IMG/VR virus record: IMGVR_UViG_3300027804_000052
Span: 1 to 64,000 of that record
Strand: one strand, 5' to 3'
DNA from: a virus
DNA: 64,000 nt
In this document: one piece after another, positions 1-8,905 of the stretch
Numbering within the stretch: position 1 is the stretch's first letter
How the letters are laid out: every line of letters starts with the position of its first letter
Notes under the pieces: generated by a model
What the model was told of the DNA's origin: nothing
What the model saw: the letters and a program-made list of their open reading frames with translations, nothing else
The model's database searches: none
Made by a program: the position numbers and the translations under genes

Positions 1-291
1 GGAAAAGCTCACAGAGATGATAACTTCCCATTAGGAACCTATTTTAAAGCAGATGTTATAATGGCTGCAAAAATGATGTCTAGAGAAGTCTATCAAAACA
101 TAAACTATAGAATGCACACTCAAGGTGAAGATCTTGGTTTTTCTGCTGACTGCGCAGAAAAAGGTTTTAACCTCTACTGTGCTTCATATATTTACTCTCC
201 TCATGTAATGAGTAGAGCTATGTTGAAAGAAATAATTCAAAAAGGTGATCCTCGAGAAGAGGAAAGTTTGAAAAGTTTATCTAAAGTATGA
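1..291 (+). CDS. C-terminal part of a probable GT-A/GT2-like glycosyltransferase (5' end outside window)
   Basis: Frame open from base 1: GKAHRDDNFPLGTYFKADVIMAAKMMSREVYQNINYRMHTQGEDLGFSADCAEKGFNLYC...H. The GED-x-x-F...G pattern followed by a His resembles the GT2 C-terminal motif. Confidence 0.55.
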   Translation, partial: GKAHRDDNFPLGTYFKADVIMAAKMMSREVYQNINYRMHTQGEDLGFSADCAEKGFNLYCASYIYSPHVMSRAMLKEIIQKGDPREEESLKSLSKV

Positions 292-330
292 TATTCTTAT
301 ATAAGATTGTTTAATATATGATTAGTCAAT

Positions 331-338
331 TTACTATA
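331..338 (+). promoter_or_regulatory. putative late promoter element TTACTATA
   Basis: The (T)TACTAT core recurs in intergenic gaps at 331, 3955, 16241 and 20331, each 20-60 nt upstream of an RBS and start codon. Confidence 0.5.
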
Positions 339-375
339 AACACAAGCTTTAGAATATTCTGTCATGGAGACATAA

Positions 376-1981
376 ATGGCTTTTGATTTTGTTGAAAACT
401 TCACGGTACAACTGCCTGACTTTAGCGAGCTAGATTATGACTTTTCTGAGTCTTTTAGCTCTAGTCATGGTTTGATTATAGAAGTAGCCGCAATTCACGA
501 ACGGACTAACTTCTAACTATAATAACTACTCAGCTTTAGAGTTAGAAAAAGCACTCCAATCTTGGGTTGAGCCATATCCAAAGCCTATTATTTTAAATCA
601 CGATTTAAACACCGAACCAATCGGTAGAGTAATTGCTGCAAAAATGGACAAAGAAGAAGACGGCAGTCCATTTGTTAGATTGCAAATTGCAATCACAGAT
701 CCAGTAGCAGCACAAAAAGTTCTAGATAAGAGATATCTAACTGGTTCAGTTGGGGGCAGAGCTGGAAAAGCAGTTTGCTCAATCTCTGGGGAAGACCTTG
801 CTTCTGAAAGCGAAGGCTCAAGGCCAAAGGTTCCCAAGTATCGTAGAGGACAAGTTTACAAAGGTAAACTGGCATTTATCGACATGCAGGATATTTCTTT
901 TAAAGAATATTCTTTTGTTAACCAACCAGCAGATGGAAAATCAAGCGTTAGATCTACCTCTGCTCTATCTGACAAAGATGGAAGACCTAATAGCGAGGGA
1001 TGGGTTGCTAAAAGTTCCGCATTTGTTTTAAGTATGAACGAAGAAGATATTTATTCAGTGGAAGAGCACGATTCTCTTTTTAAGAATATGAAGAAAAAAG
1101 AATCTAAGCCGATGTATCTTCATCTAAAGGGCGCATTTTTAACTGCTCTCGCATTCCAGGAGAGCGAAAATACGCATAACAACGCAGTTTCATTACTATC
1201 TAGCGAGGAAGCTGTGAATAACACCGATCTACAGGAGAATTCTAATATGAAAGATCGCAATCAAGAAGAGGATATCTTGGCTGTAACCGAAGGGTTAAGC
1301 GAAGATTTGTCCTCAATTGCTGCTGGTAAGGCTGAAGAAGCCGAAGGTGGCGAAGAAGAAACACCAGAGGCACCAGCCGAAGGTGGCGAAGAAGCTGGCG
1401 CACAAGACGCCGGTGAAGAAAAGTCTGAAGACGATACAGAGAAAGCGGATGAACAAGCTGAAGAAGCTGTTGATTCCGAACAAGCTGCAGAGTCTGAAGA
1501 ACCAGAAGCCGACGAAGAGAAGGCTGAAGGTGCTCAAGAGCCCGAGAGTACGGACGAAGACCTCAGCGACAAGGCTGAACAGCCCGCTGAGCAAGACAAC
1601 GACGTTCTCGACAAGGTAAAAGCTCTTGAAGAAGAAAATGCAAAACTTAAGTCAGCACTTCACAGAATTCTTGTGGAAAGAGTAGTTGATGCAAAGATTA
1701 GCGCTGGTGTAGAAACAGCAGAACAAAGAGATGAGTTAATCGAGTCACATGTGACAAGAACAGCTTCTTCTCTTGCTGATTCACTCAGAGATCTTGCAAA
1801 GATGCCAATCCGCAAGTCACGTCATTCTGAGGGTCCAGAAGTTCATAACGAGTCAGCAGCTGTTGCAAACGAAGAGAATGTAGCAACTATTGACGAAGAC
1901 AATGAAGTTCAGGAGTCTAAGAAAGAAGTAGGACTTGAGCAAGTATTTGTTGACGCTCTCATGGGCCGTCGTAAGCTTTAA
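376..1981 (+). CDS. prohead protease-scaffold fusion, about 534 aa, requiring a +1 shift at CGGA 502-505
   Basis: GGAG RBS at 366 and ATG at 376. The 0 frame stops at 514-516. The +1 frame gives ...AAIHE-GLTSNYNNYS...SWVEPYPKPIILNHDLNTEPIGRV and joins ORF 644..1981 (LTGSVG, FKEYSFVNQPAD: prohead protease pattern), ending in an acidic coiled-coil tail. Confidence 0.8.
502..505 (+). other. CGGA +1 recoding site 1 (GAA CGG A)
   Basis: In-frame codon 43. The shift window is bounded by a +1-frame TAG at 485-487 and a 0-frame TAA at 514-516. Confidence 0.8.
1247..1981 (+). CDS. nested in-frame scaffolding protein (244 aa)
   Basis: AGGAG at 1233-1237 before in-frame ATG 1247 (MKDRNQEEDIL), with TTACTAT at 1193-1199. 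The product is very acidic with a coiled coil. Confidence 0.6.
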   Translation: MKDRNQEEDILAVTEGLSEDLSSIAAGKAEEAEGGEEETPEAPAEGGEEAGAQDAGEEKSEDDTEKADEQAEEAVDSEQAAESEEPEADEEKAEGAQEPESTDEDLSDKAEQPAEQDNDVLDKVKALEEENAKLKSALHRILVERVVDAKISAGVETAEQRDELIESHVTRTASSLADSLRDLAKMPIRKSRHSEGPEVHNESAAVANEENVATIDEDNEVQESKKEVGLEQVFVDALMGRRKL

Positions 1982-2000
1982 AACAAGGAGAAAATAAGAA

Positions 2001-2774
2001 ATGAGCTTAGCAAAATTTCGTAAAGTAGGCACAAAGACTGGTTCAGGCCGTTTTGTGGTTTCAGAGGGCATTGCTCCAGCAGCATACCTCCTTCCACATC
2101 CTGGTCTCCCAACTTGGTATCTCGACAGCGAAGATGATCGCTTCGAGATTGTAATTCCAAAGGGAACGATTCTTTCAGTCGTAGCCGACAGCAATGGTGA
2201 TGCAAGAGTTGTTCCAGCCAATGGTTCAGCATCTTCAGTCACTTGGGGTGACAATATGCCAACATCTTGGGATCCATTGGATGGCGCAACTCCATCTTAT
2301 AGCTCTGGTGCAACTGATTCAATCGCAGTTGGCGCTAGATCAATCCCAGTAGGTGTTGCTCAGTATGACCTCTACCGTCCATTTGACAAAGGCACCTCAC
2401 AGGGTGCAGGCTTCATTACCCATGGTTACGTTGAGTACCCAATGGTTAGCGGAGTTAATGCAGACGTTACTGTTGGTAGCGTTGTTCGTTCGGACCACAT
2501 GGGCCGTCCAGTATTGGCAGCTGCAGCTGATTTTTATAACAGCAGTGCAGTCTACTCTTACCTCCAGGTTGGTAAGGTAGTCGAAGTAGAAAAGTTTGCA
2601 ACCAACTTTGATGATGGCTTGCTTTCCTACATGCAGCTTCCTTCAGATCCAGGCGCACTTAAGACAGTATTTGAGATTACTCGCTCAGGTGCTTTCTCAG
2701 GCAAGCTTGGCATCCGTAGCAACCTGGATGTACACAACGTCATTGGCGCATTCCGCGTCAACTTAACCTTATAA
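2001..2774 (+). CDS. capsid accessory/decoration protein
   Basis: AAGGAG RBS; lies between scaffold and major capsid gene; codon usage resembles the capsid gene. Confidence 0.55.
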   Translation: MSLAKFRKVGTKTGSGRFVVSEGIAPAAYLLPHPGLPTWYLDSEDDRFEIVIPKGTILSVVADSNGDARVVPANGSASSVTWGDNMPTSWDPLDGATPSYSSGATDSIAVGARSIPVGVAQYDLYRPFDKGTSQGAGFITHGYVEYPMVSGVNADVTVGSVVRSDHMGRPVLAAAADFYNSSAVYSYLQVGKVVEVEKFATNFDDGLLSYMQLPSDPGALKTVFEITRSGAFSGKLGIRSNLDVHNVIGAFRVNLTL

Positions 2775-2795
2775 TAACAGGAGGAATATCCTAAG

Positions 2796-3854
2796 ATGAG
2801 TAAATCAATCCAAGAGCTCCTCTCTGGACTCCCAGCTTGGGAAGCCGCATTATCTGAGGATGGGTACCTAGACCAAGACAACAGAGTTACAATTAAGGAA
2901 GCATTTGCATCACCCGATGCTGCAATTCTCTTCCCTAAAGTTATCTCTCGTACTCTTAAGGAAGCAGCTGAACCCCAGCTTCTAGTTACTCCCCTACTTT
3001 CAACTGTACGTCTCGGTAAGGGTCGTTCACTTGAATTCCCAGCAGTTAATGCAATTCAAGCAGCTGAGATTCCCGAAGGACAAGAATATCCAGAGCAGGC
3101 ATTAGCCTTCGCTAAGCAAATTGAAGGAAAGGTGTCCAAAAAGGGTGTCAAGCTAGCTTTCACAGAGGAAGTTATTGCCGACTCACTTTGGGATATCGTC
3201 GGCCTTCATGTCCGCGCAGCAGGTCGTGCCCTTGCTCGCCTTAAAGAGCAAATTGCACTTAGCCGTTTCAAGGACGCTGCAACAATCGTCTTTGACAACG
3301 ACAATGGTTCATACGATTCAACAACCGGCCGTGACATCAATGGTGCCTTTAATGACACCGTCACTTGGGACGACATCGTAGACATGGCTGCAGTTTTGAT
3401 GGCAGAGAAGCATGTACCAACAGACTTCATCCTCCACCCACTCATGTGGTCCGTCTTCTTGAAGGACAGCATCTTCCACGCAGGTGGCGCAGCTTCGGCT
3501 GTTGGCACCAGCTGGGGTTACCGTCCACAATCTCCAGAAGGCGCACTCAACGCAACTGCTCCAATGGGTCTCAACGTACTTGTATCACCATTCGTTAGCT
3601 TCACAGCTAAGACAAGTGGTAGTGCAGCTAAGTCAGACCTTTTCCTCATCGACCGTAACGAGGTTGGTTCACTTTTGGTCAAGGACGATTTGTCCACCGA
3701 CCAGTTCGATGATCCATCACGTGACATTCGTCAGATGAAGATGAAAGAGCGTTACGACATTGTCATGCTGGGTGACGGCGAAGGTATTACCGTCGCAAAG
3801 AACGTCAAGCTCAGCCGTAACTACGAGGTTCAAGTCACAAACGAGACAGCCTGA
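2796..3854 (+). CDS. major capsid protein (HK97 fold)
   Basis: 352 aa; AAEIPEGQEYPE, KKGVKLAFTEEVIADSLWD, FILHPLMW and ERYD patterns; AGGAGG RBS; followed by a terminator. Confidence 0.85.
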   Translation: MSKSIQELLSGLPAWEAALSEDGYLDQDNRVTIKEAFASPDAAILFPKVISRTLKEAAEPQLLVTPLLSTVRLGKGRSLEFPAVNAIQAAEIPEGQEYPEQALAFAKQIEGKVSKKGVKLAFTEEVIADSLWDIVGLHVRAAGRALARLKEQIALSRFKDAATIVFDNDNGSYDSTTGRDINGAFNDTVTWDDIVDMAAVLMAEKHVPTDFILHPLMWSVFLKDSIFHAGGAASAVGTSWGYRPQSPEGALNATAPMGLNVLVSPFVSFTAKTSGSAAKSDLFLIDRNEVGSLLVKDDLSTDQFDDPSRDIRQMKMKERYDIVMLGDGEGITVAKNVKLSRNYEVQVTNETA

Positions 3855-3902
3855 CCTTAGGGCATTTATAGTTACGGTCACTAAAAAGTGACAGCCCCTA
3901 GG
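3854..3902 (+). other. structured 3' UTR element containing a segment complementary to 23S rRNA helix 69
   Basis: ACCTTAGGGCATTTATAGTTACGGTC at 3854-3879; hairpin GTCACT-AAAA-AGTGAC at 3877-3892; imperfect outer pairing of 3855-3863 with 3894-3902. Confidence 0.4.
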
Positions 3903-3940
3903 CAGAGGGTGGTGGCGAAAGCTACCACCCTCTGTTTTTT
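3903..3940 (+). terminator. intrinsic terminator
   Basis: CAGAGGGTGGTGGC-GAAA-GCTACCACCCTCTG followed by TTTTTT. Confidence 0.9.
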
Positions 3941-3954
3941 ATACCATAAAACTG

Positions 3955-3961
3955 TTACTAT
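3955..3961 (+). promoter_or_regulatory. putative late promoter element TTACTAT
   Basis: Directly after the terminator and before AAGGAG and GTG 3990. Confidence 0.5.
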
Positions 3962-3989
3962 TTGAATAGAATCTTAATAAGGAGAAGCT

Positions 3990-4760
3990 GTGGCTCTGTA
4001 TCTAATAGAAAGCGCTAGTGTAGACGCTGATGTTGTTGTAGTAAAATTTGGAAGAACGGTAAAAATTAGTTCGCTTATCAACGCTAACTTTTCAGTTCAA
4101 ACAACAGACGCCACACCGGTGGTAATTTCTAGTCCATTTACTGCGATAAATACAATAACTGATTTTAATCAAATTTCAAGAACATTAAGATTGTTCTGGG
4201 ATGTTCAACTTACATCTGGTGAAGAATATGAAATTATTATTTCAAATATAAAAGATGCAGTAAACGAAACTATTCCAACTGAAAAGATTAAATTTACAAA
4301 GTTAGACGATGCAACTCCGTCAACAATTACATCTTATTCTGAACCAGTTTATGAAGAGATCTTGATTGAAGATAAATCAGTTAGAACCGATGCATATTCA
4401 ACTGTTCAGATACTAGCAAAAAACCCTAATTTTTATATAGTTTCTGTTGATCCTGTAAATGGTGATTTTTATTTAGATAATTCATACAATAATGGAAGAG
4501 TGACAATTGAATTTAACGCAAGACCAGCCTCTAACTTTTTAAATGCAAAATACTTTAAGGCTCAAAGAAAAAAGATTCAAAGAACTCCTTCTAGATGGGA
4601 AACAGTTGACACAAATGTTTCCTTGCATTCCTGGAAGCCGGAAGTCTATGTGGACTTTCCATCAAATGACGCCACACCAGTTTATAACGACTCTGATGGC
4701 GAATACTATGAAACTGGATATAAATATAGAATTATATTATCTAAAGATATAGGAATATAA
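3990..4760 (+). CDS. virion structural protein, beta-rich/Ig-like
   Basis: GTG start with AAGGAG RBS; 256 aa; contains three DATP motifs. Confidence 0.55.
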   Translation: MALYLIESASVDADVVVVKFGRTVKISSLINANFSVQTTDATPVVISSPFTAINTITDFNQISRTLRLFWDVQLTSGEEYEIIISNIKDAVNETIPTEKIKFTKLDDATPSTITSYSEPVYEEILIEDKSVRTDAYSTVQILAKNPNFYIVSVDPVNGDFYLDNSYNNGRVTIEFNARPASNFLNAKYFKAQRKKIQRTPSRWETVDTNVSLHSWKPEVYVDFPSNDATPVYNDSDGEYYETGYKYRIILSKDIGI

Positions 4761-4761
4761 A

Positions 4762-5172
4762 GTGGCTAACTTTGTTTATGGAAAAGCTAAACAGGGTATT
4801 TTAAATGGTCAATTTAACTTTAGCTTAGACACATTTAAAATAGCATTTGTAAAAAACACCTATACTCCTAGTCAAAATGTTCATGAATTTCTTTCTGATA
4901 TAGGCACTTCTAAAATAGCTTATATAAGTCCAATAATTGAAAATATTACAAATACTCTTGGAATAATCGATGCAGAAGATTTAAGCTTTTCTTTACCAGC
5001 AAATACAGCATTTAATTCAATAGTTTTTTATAAATTAGGAGCTAATGATTCTAGTTCTAGATTACTATTTTACATAGACACTTCAGAAGGAATACCTTTT
5101 CCTGGCTCTTCAGAGGTGGTTACTTTAATTTTTAATTGGAGTAATACAGTAAATAAAATTTTAGCAATATAA
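4762..5172 (+). CDS. hypothetical virion protein
   Basis: 136 aa, translationally coupled within the structural operon. Confidence 0.55.
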   Translation: MANFVYGKAKQGILNGQFNFSLDTFKIAFVKNTYTPSQNVHEFLSDIGTSKIAYISPIIENITNTLGIIDAEDLSFSLPANTAFNSIVFYKLGANDSSSRLLFYIDTSEGIPFPGSSEVVTLIFNWSNTVNKILAI

Positions 5173-5181
5173 GGAAAAAAT

Positions 5182-5520
5182 ATGGCTAGTCAATATCCAA
5201 ATTCTTTAGATGTTTTACTTAACCCAACTGCTACTGACACTCTTAGTTCTAGCACTGTTCCTCACCATCTGCAACATGCAAATGCGAATGACTCAATTGA
5301 GGCTATACAAACAGTATTAGGCGTTAATCCAGCAGGGGCGCATTTAACGGTTAAAGATAGGATTATAAACGCAGAGAATCAAATAACAACTCAAGCAGTT
5401 CTGAATGGTTTGACTGATGTTACTATTACCTCAGTTACAACTGGCAACATGCTAAGATATAACGGTTCGCAATGGGTTAATTACGCCGAAAAAGACGTCA
5501 CAGATGGAGGAAACTTTTAA
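5182..5520 (+). CDS. small fibre-associated virion protein
   Basis: 112 aa; LNGLTDVTI...LRYNGSQWVN fibre-type segment; C-terminal DGGNF. Confidence 0.55.
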   Translation: MASQYPNSLDVLLNPTATDTLSSSTVPHHLQHANANDSIEAIQTVLGVNPAGAHLTVKDRIINAENQITTQAVLNGLTDVTITSVTTGNMLRYNGSQWVNYAEKDVTDGGNF

Positions 5521-5522
5521 AA

Positions 5523-7301
5523 ATGGCAAATACAATTAGAATCAAAAGAAGATCAGGTACTGGGGCAACTGGTGCACCTTCATCTTTAAAGAACGCAGAA
5601 CTGGCATATAATGAAGCTGACGATACGCTTTATTATGGTAAAGGTTCAGATGGTAGCGGCGATGCGACATCAATTCCAGCAATTGCTGGCTCCGGTGCAT
5701 ATGTAACTAAGAGTACTTCACAAACTATTTCTGGAGACAAAACATTCTCAGGCGTGGTAATCGTACCAGCTCCTGCATCAAACACACATGCCGCAACTAA
5801 AAAGTATGTTGATGATTCGGTGTCAGCTGTCAGTGGTTCAATTACAGTAGCTGGAGATAGCGGTTCAAGTCAAACAGTTAGCCTTAGTGATACATTGACA
5901 ATATCAGGTGGCACTGGTCTTTCTTCCGTCGCAGGAGCAACAGATACAGTTACAATTAATCTTGATAACACCGCTGTAACAGCAGGTAACTATGGTTCTG
6001 CTACAGCAGTATCAACCTTTACAGTTGACGCACAGGGTCGTTTAACAGCAGCTGGCACAGCAAACATTGCCATAGCATCTACCGCTGTAACAGACTTTGC
6101 TGAAGCAGTTGCAGACACTGTTGGGGCAATGGTATCTTCCAATACAGAATCTGGAATATCAGTAACATATGATGATACTGATAATACATTAGATTTTGAT
6201 GTTGCAGACTTTACGCTGACGCTTGGTGGGGATCTTACTGGTGATGTAACTGTTACCAACTTAGGAAACGCAACTCTAAATGCAACAATTGCAGCTAATT
6301 CAGTAGCTCTTGGTACGGATACTACTGGTAACTATATGGTAGATGTTTCTGCTGGTACTGGAATCTCAATCAGCCATACCGCTGGAGAAGGGTCTACTGC
6401 TACAATTACGAACTCTGGAGTAACAGGTCTCACTGGAACTACTGGAGAAGTTAGCGTGTCTGGATCCACTGGATCCGTGACTATCGGTCTTCCAGATGAT
6501 GTTACAGTTACTCAAGATTTAGCTGTCGGTAGAAATTTAACCGTAACAGGTAACTTAACAGTTAATGGAACAACAACAACAGTTAACTCAACTACAGTAA
6601 CAGTAGATGATAAGAACTTAGAATTAGGCTCTACAGCTAGTCCATCAGACGCTAGTGCAGATGGTGGCGGTATTACCCTTAAAGGTACAACGGATAAGAC
6701 TTTTAACTGGGTTGACGCAACCGACGCTTGGACATCGTCTGAGCACATCAATCTAGCTACCGGTAAAGCTTATTATATAAATGGAACTTCTGTTCTTTCT
6801 GGGTCAACACTTGGTTCTGGAATAACATCTTCTAGCTTAACTTCAGTTGGAACAATTGGAACCGGTGTATGGCAGGGTACAGCAGTTGGTGTTTCTTACG
6901 GTGGAACAGGTGCAACATCAGCTTCAGATGCAAGAACAAATCTTGGCCTTGCAATTGGTAGCGATGTTCAAGCATATAACTCAACTTTAGCAGCTGTTGC
7001 AGGCGGCAGTTACACTGGTACATCTAGCATCACAACTTTAGGCACCATTGGCACTGGTACATGGCAAGGTACAGCCGTTGGCGTATCCTACGGTGGCACT
7101 GGAGCAACCTCAGCATCCAATGCGAGAACAAACCTTGGTCTTGCAATTGGTACTGACGTTCAAGCCTATAACTCAACCCTTGCTGCTGTTGCAGGAGGTA
7201 CATATGTAGGGGCTACCAGTATAACTACAGTTGGAACCATTACAACAGGTACATGGTCAGCTACAATTGACAATACTTCAATTGACGGTGGAACTTTCTA
7301 A
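5523..7301 (+). CDS. long fibre protein (S/T/G-rich)
   Basis: 592 aa; N-terminal MANTIRIKR...ELAYN..D..LYYG; HAATKKYVD; internal 64-aa repeats; C-terminal DGGTF. Confidence 0.7.
   Translation: MANTIRIKRRSGTGATGAPSSLKNAELAYNEADDTLYYGKGSDGSGDATSIPAIAGSGAYVTKSTSQTISGDKTFSGVVIVPAPASNTHAATKKYVDDSVSAVSGSITVAGDSGSSQTVSLSDTLTISGGTGLSSVAGATDTVTINLDNTAVTAGNYGSATAVSTFTVDAQGRLTAAGTANIAIASTAVTDFAEAVADTVGAMVSSNTESGISVTYDDTDNTLDFDVADFTLTLGGDLTGDVTVTNLGNATLNATIAANSVALGTDTTGNYMVDVSAGTGISISHTAGEGSTATITNSGVTGLTGTTGEVSVSGSTGSVTIGLPDDVTVTQDLAVGRNLTVTGNLTVNGTTTTVNSTTVTVDDKNLELGSTASPSDASADGGGITLKGTTDKTFNWVDATDAWTSSEHINLATGKAYYINGTSVLSGSTLGSGITSSSLTSVGTIGTGVWQGTAVGVSYGGTGATSASDARTNLGLAIGSDVQAYNSTLAAVAGGSYTGTSSITTLGTIGTGTWQGTAVGVSYGGTGATSASNARTNLGLAIGTDVQAYNSTLAAVAGGTYVGATSITTVGTITTGTWSATIDNTSIDGGTF
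6831..7256 (+). repeat. 192-nt (64-aa) tandem coding repeat, about 2.2 copies
   Basis: Units start at 6831, 7023 and 7215 (partial): SS.T..GTIGTG.WQGTAVGVSYGGTGATSAS.ARTNLGLAIG.DVQAYNSTLAAVAGG. Confidence 0.9.
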
Positions 7302-7338
7302 GTATATAATATTATATATCTTGCATTCGGAGCAGTAG

Positions 7339-7839
7339 ATGGCTAACACTATTAAAATTAAACGTAGTGGCACAGCATCTGCTACACCAACGTCCTTAGA
7401 ATATGGTGAACTGGCTATTAACTACGCCGATGGGAAATTATATTATAAAAATAGTTCAAATAATGTAGTCGAGTTAAGTAGTGGCGGTAGTTCCTCAGAT
7501 GCAACCACGTCTACAAAAGGAATAGCATCATTTAATTCAGGTGATTTTACTGTTTCATCTGGTGCTGTTTCAATTAAGGCAAACGGTATCGATAATGCTC
7601 AATTGGCATATAGTTCCATAACTATTAATGGAACTTCTATTTCCTTGGGTAATTCTGATACAATAACAGCAGCAGCTGCAACATTGACTGGCACAACTCT
7701 AAATTCTACAGTGATAACATCTAGCCTTACTTCTGTAGGCACATTAAGTAATTTAACAGTTACAGGAAATGTGACTGCTGGTCAGTACTATGGTAGAGCT
7801 AGAGATACAGAAATTCGATTTTTTATGGAGGTCATTTAA
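7339..7839 (+). CDS. short fibre protein, paralogous N-terminus to 5523 gene
   Basis: MANTIKIKRSG...P.SL..GELAINYADGKLYY; shares ITSSLTSVGTL-like segment. Confidence 0.7.
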   Translation: MANTIKIKRSGTASATPTSLEYGELAINYADGKLYYKNSSNNVVELSSGGSSSDATTSTKGIASFNSGDFTVSSGAVSIKANGIDNAQLAYSSITINGTSISLGNSDTITAAAATLTGTTLNSTVITSSLTSVGTLSNLTVTGNVTAGQYYGRARDTEIRFFMEVI

Positions 7840-8193
7840 ATGGCAATTACGCAAAAACGTCTTGCTGGTCCAAGTATGTTAACGGCATCAACTGCTACAT
7901 ACTATACTGTTCCAAGCGGCACTACAACTATTGTTAAACAAATTATTTTAACAAACACAACAGCATCAGCTAAAACAGTAACAGTAAGATTATTGCCTTC
8001 TGGCGTTAATGAAACAGCTACTCCAAACTGGGTGGACATCATCAGTGCGATGACTCTCGCTGCAAATGAGACAATGGCTTTTAACTGCTCTATGGTCATG
8101 AATTATACTGGTGGAGCTGGCGATCAAATTAAAGCATTAGCCAGTGCAGCTGGCGCTGTTAATATGTCAGTTTTTGGAATAGAAGAGGCTTAA
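7840..8193 (+). CDS. small beta-rich virion protein
   Basis: 117 aa; GGAGG RBS; YYTVPSGTTTIVKQIILTN. Confidence 0.6.
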   Translation: MAITQKRLAGPSMLTASTATYYTVPSGTTTIVKQIILTNTTASAKTVTVRLLPSGVNETATPNWVDIISAMTLAANETMAFNCSMVMNYTGGAGDQIKALASAAGAVNMSVFGIEEA

Positions 8194-8195
8194 TA

Positions 8196-8903
8196 ATGGC
8201 TGGCGTAGTCCGTTACGGTGCACCTAGTGCAATGCAATCATTTATTGATTCACCTGACCCTGTTTATGGAACAGGTATGGACGGAGACGCTACATTAGAT
8301 GGAACTACAACCGTATTAAGTATGGTCCCATCTTCTTCAGTTTATTCTATGACAAGAGATATGTATTTTAATAATCTTACAATAAATGCTAACGTAAGAT
8401 TAGCGCCTAATGGCTATAGAATTTTTGTTAAAAATGTATTAACATTAAATAGTGGATCAACAATAGGATTCACAACAGGGTATTCAACCGCTGGATCAAT
8501 ACAACAAGGTGGAGCAGCTACTACTGCTGTTACACACTCTTTAGGCGGTAGTGCCACAGGGTATTCAGCAACAGCCCCAACAGATGCTTTGGGTGGAACA
8601 AATTGGTGGAAAGTGCCACGTCAAGCTATTCTAGGATACTCAATTACTGCTTCTGGAGGACCAACATTTTTGAGAGGTGGTGCTGGTGGATCTGCACAAG
8701 CTGGTGGTGGAATAGTTATTTTGGCGGCTAGGTACATATCTAGTCCAACCTCCGGAACTGCCTACATTAAAGCTCCAGCAACGGCACCTGCTGGTGGTGG
8801 AGTAATATTAATTGTATCTTCATCAGCTGGTCTTCCGTCGTCTATTTCTACAGATGTCACTGGACAAAATGCCGGAACATATAATTATATGCAGTTGGTT
8901 TAA
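8196..8903 (+). CDS. Gly-rich fibre-tip/adhesin-like protein
   Basis: 235 aa; shares VYG.G.DG, TRDMY.NNLTI, NG.R.FVKN.LTLN and GGG-x-I motifs with the next gene. Confidence 0.6.
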   Translation: MAGVVRYGAPSAMQSFIDSPDPVYGTGMDGDATLDGTTTVLSMVPSSSVYSMTRDMYFNNLTINANVRLAPNGYRIFVKNVLTLNSGSTIGFTTGYSTAGSIQQGGAATTAVTHSLGGSATGYSATAPTDALGGTNWWKVPRQAILGYSITASGGPTFLRGGAGGSAQAGGGIVILAARYISSPTSGTAYIKAPATAPAGGGVILIVSSSAGLPSSISTDVTGQNAGTYNYMQLV

Positions 8904-8905
8904 TT

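Noticed and set aside
6831-7256. Diversity-generating retroelement template/variable repeat
   Set aside because: Both copies are in-frame coding, differences are not adenine-specific, and no reverse transcriptase is present.
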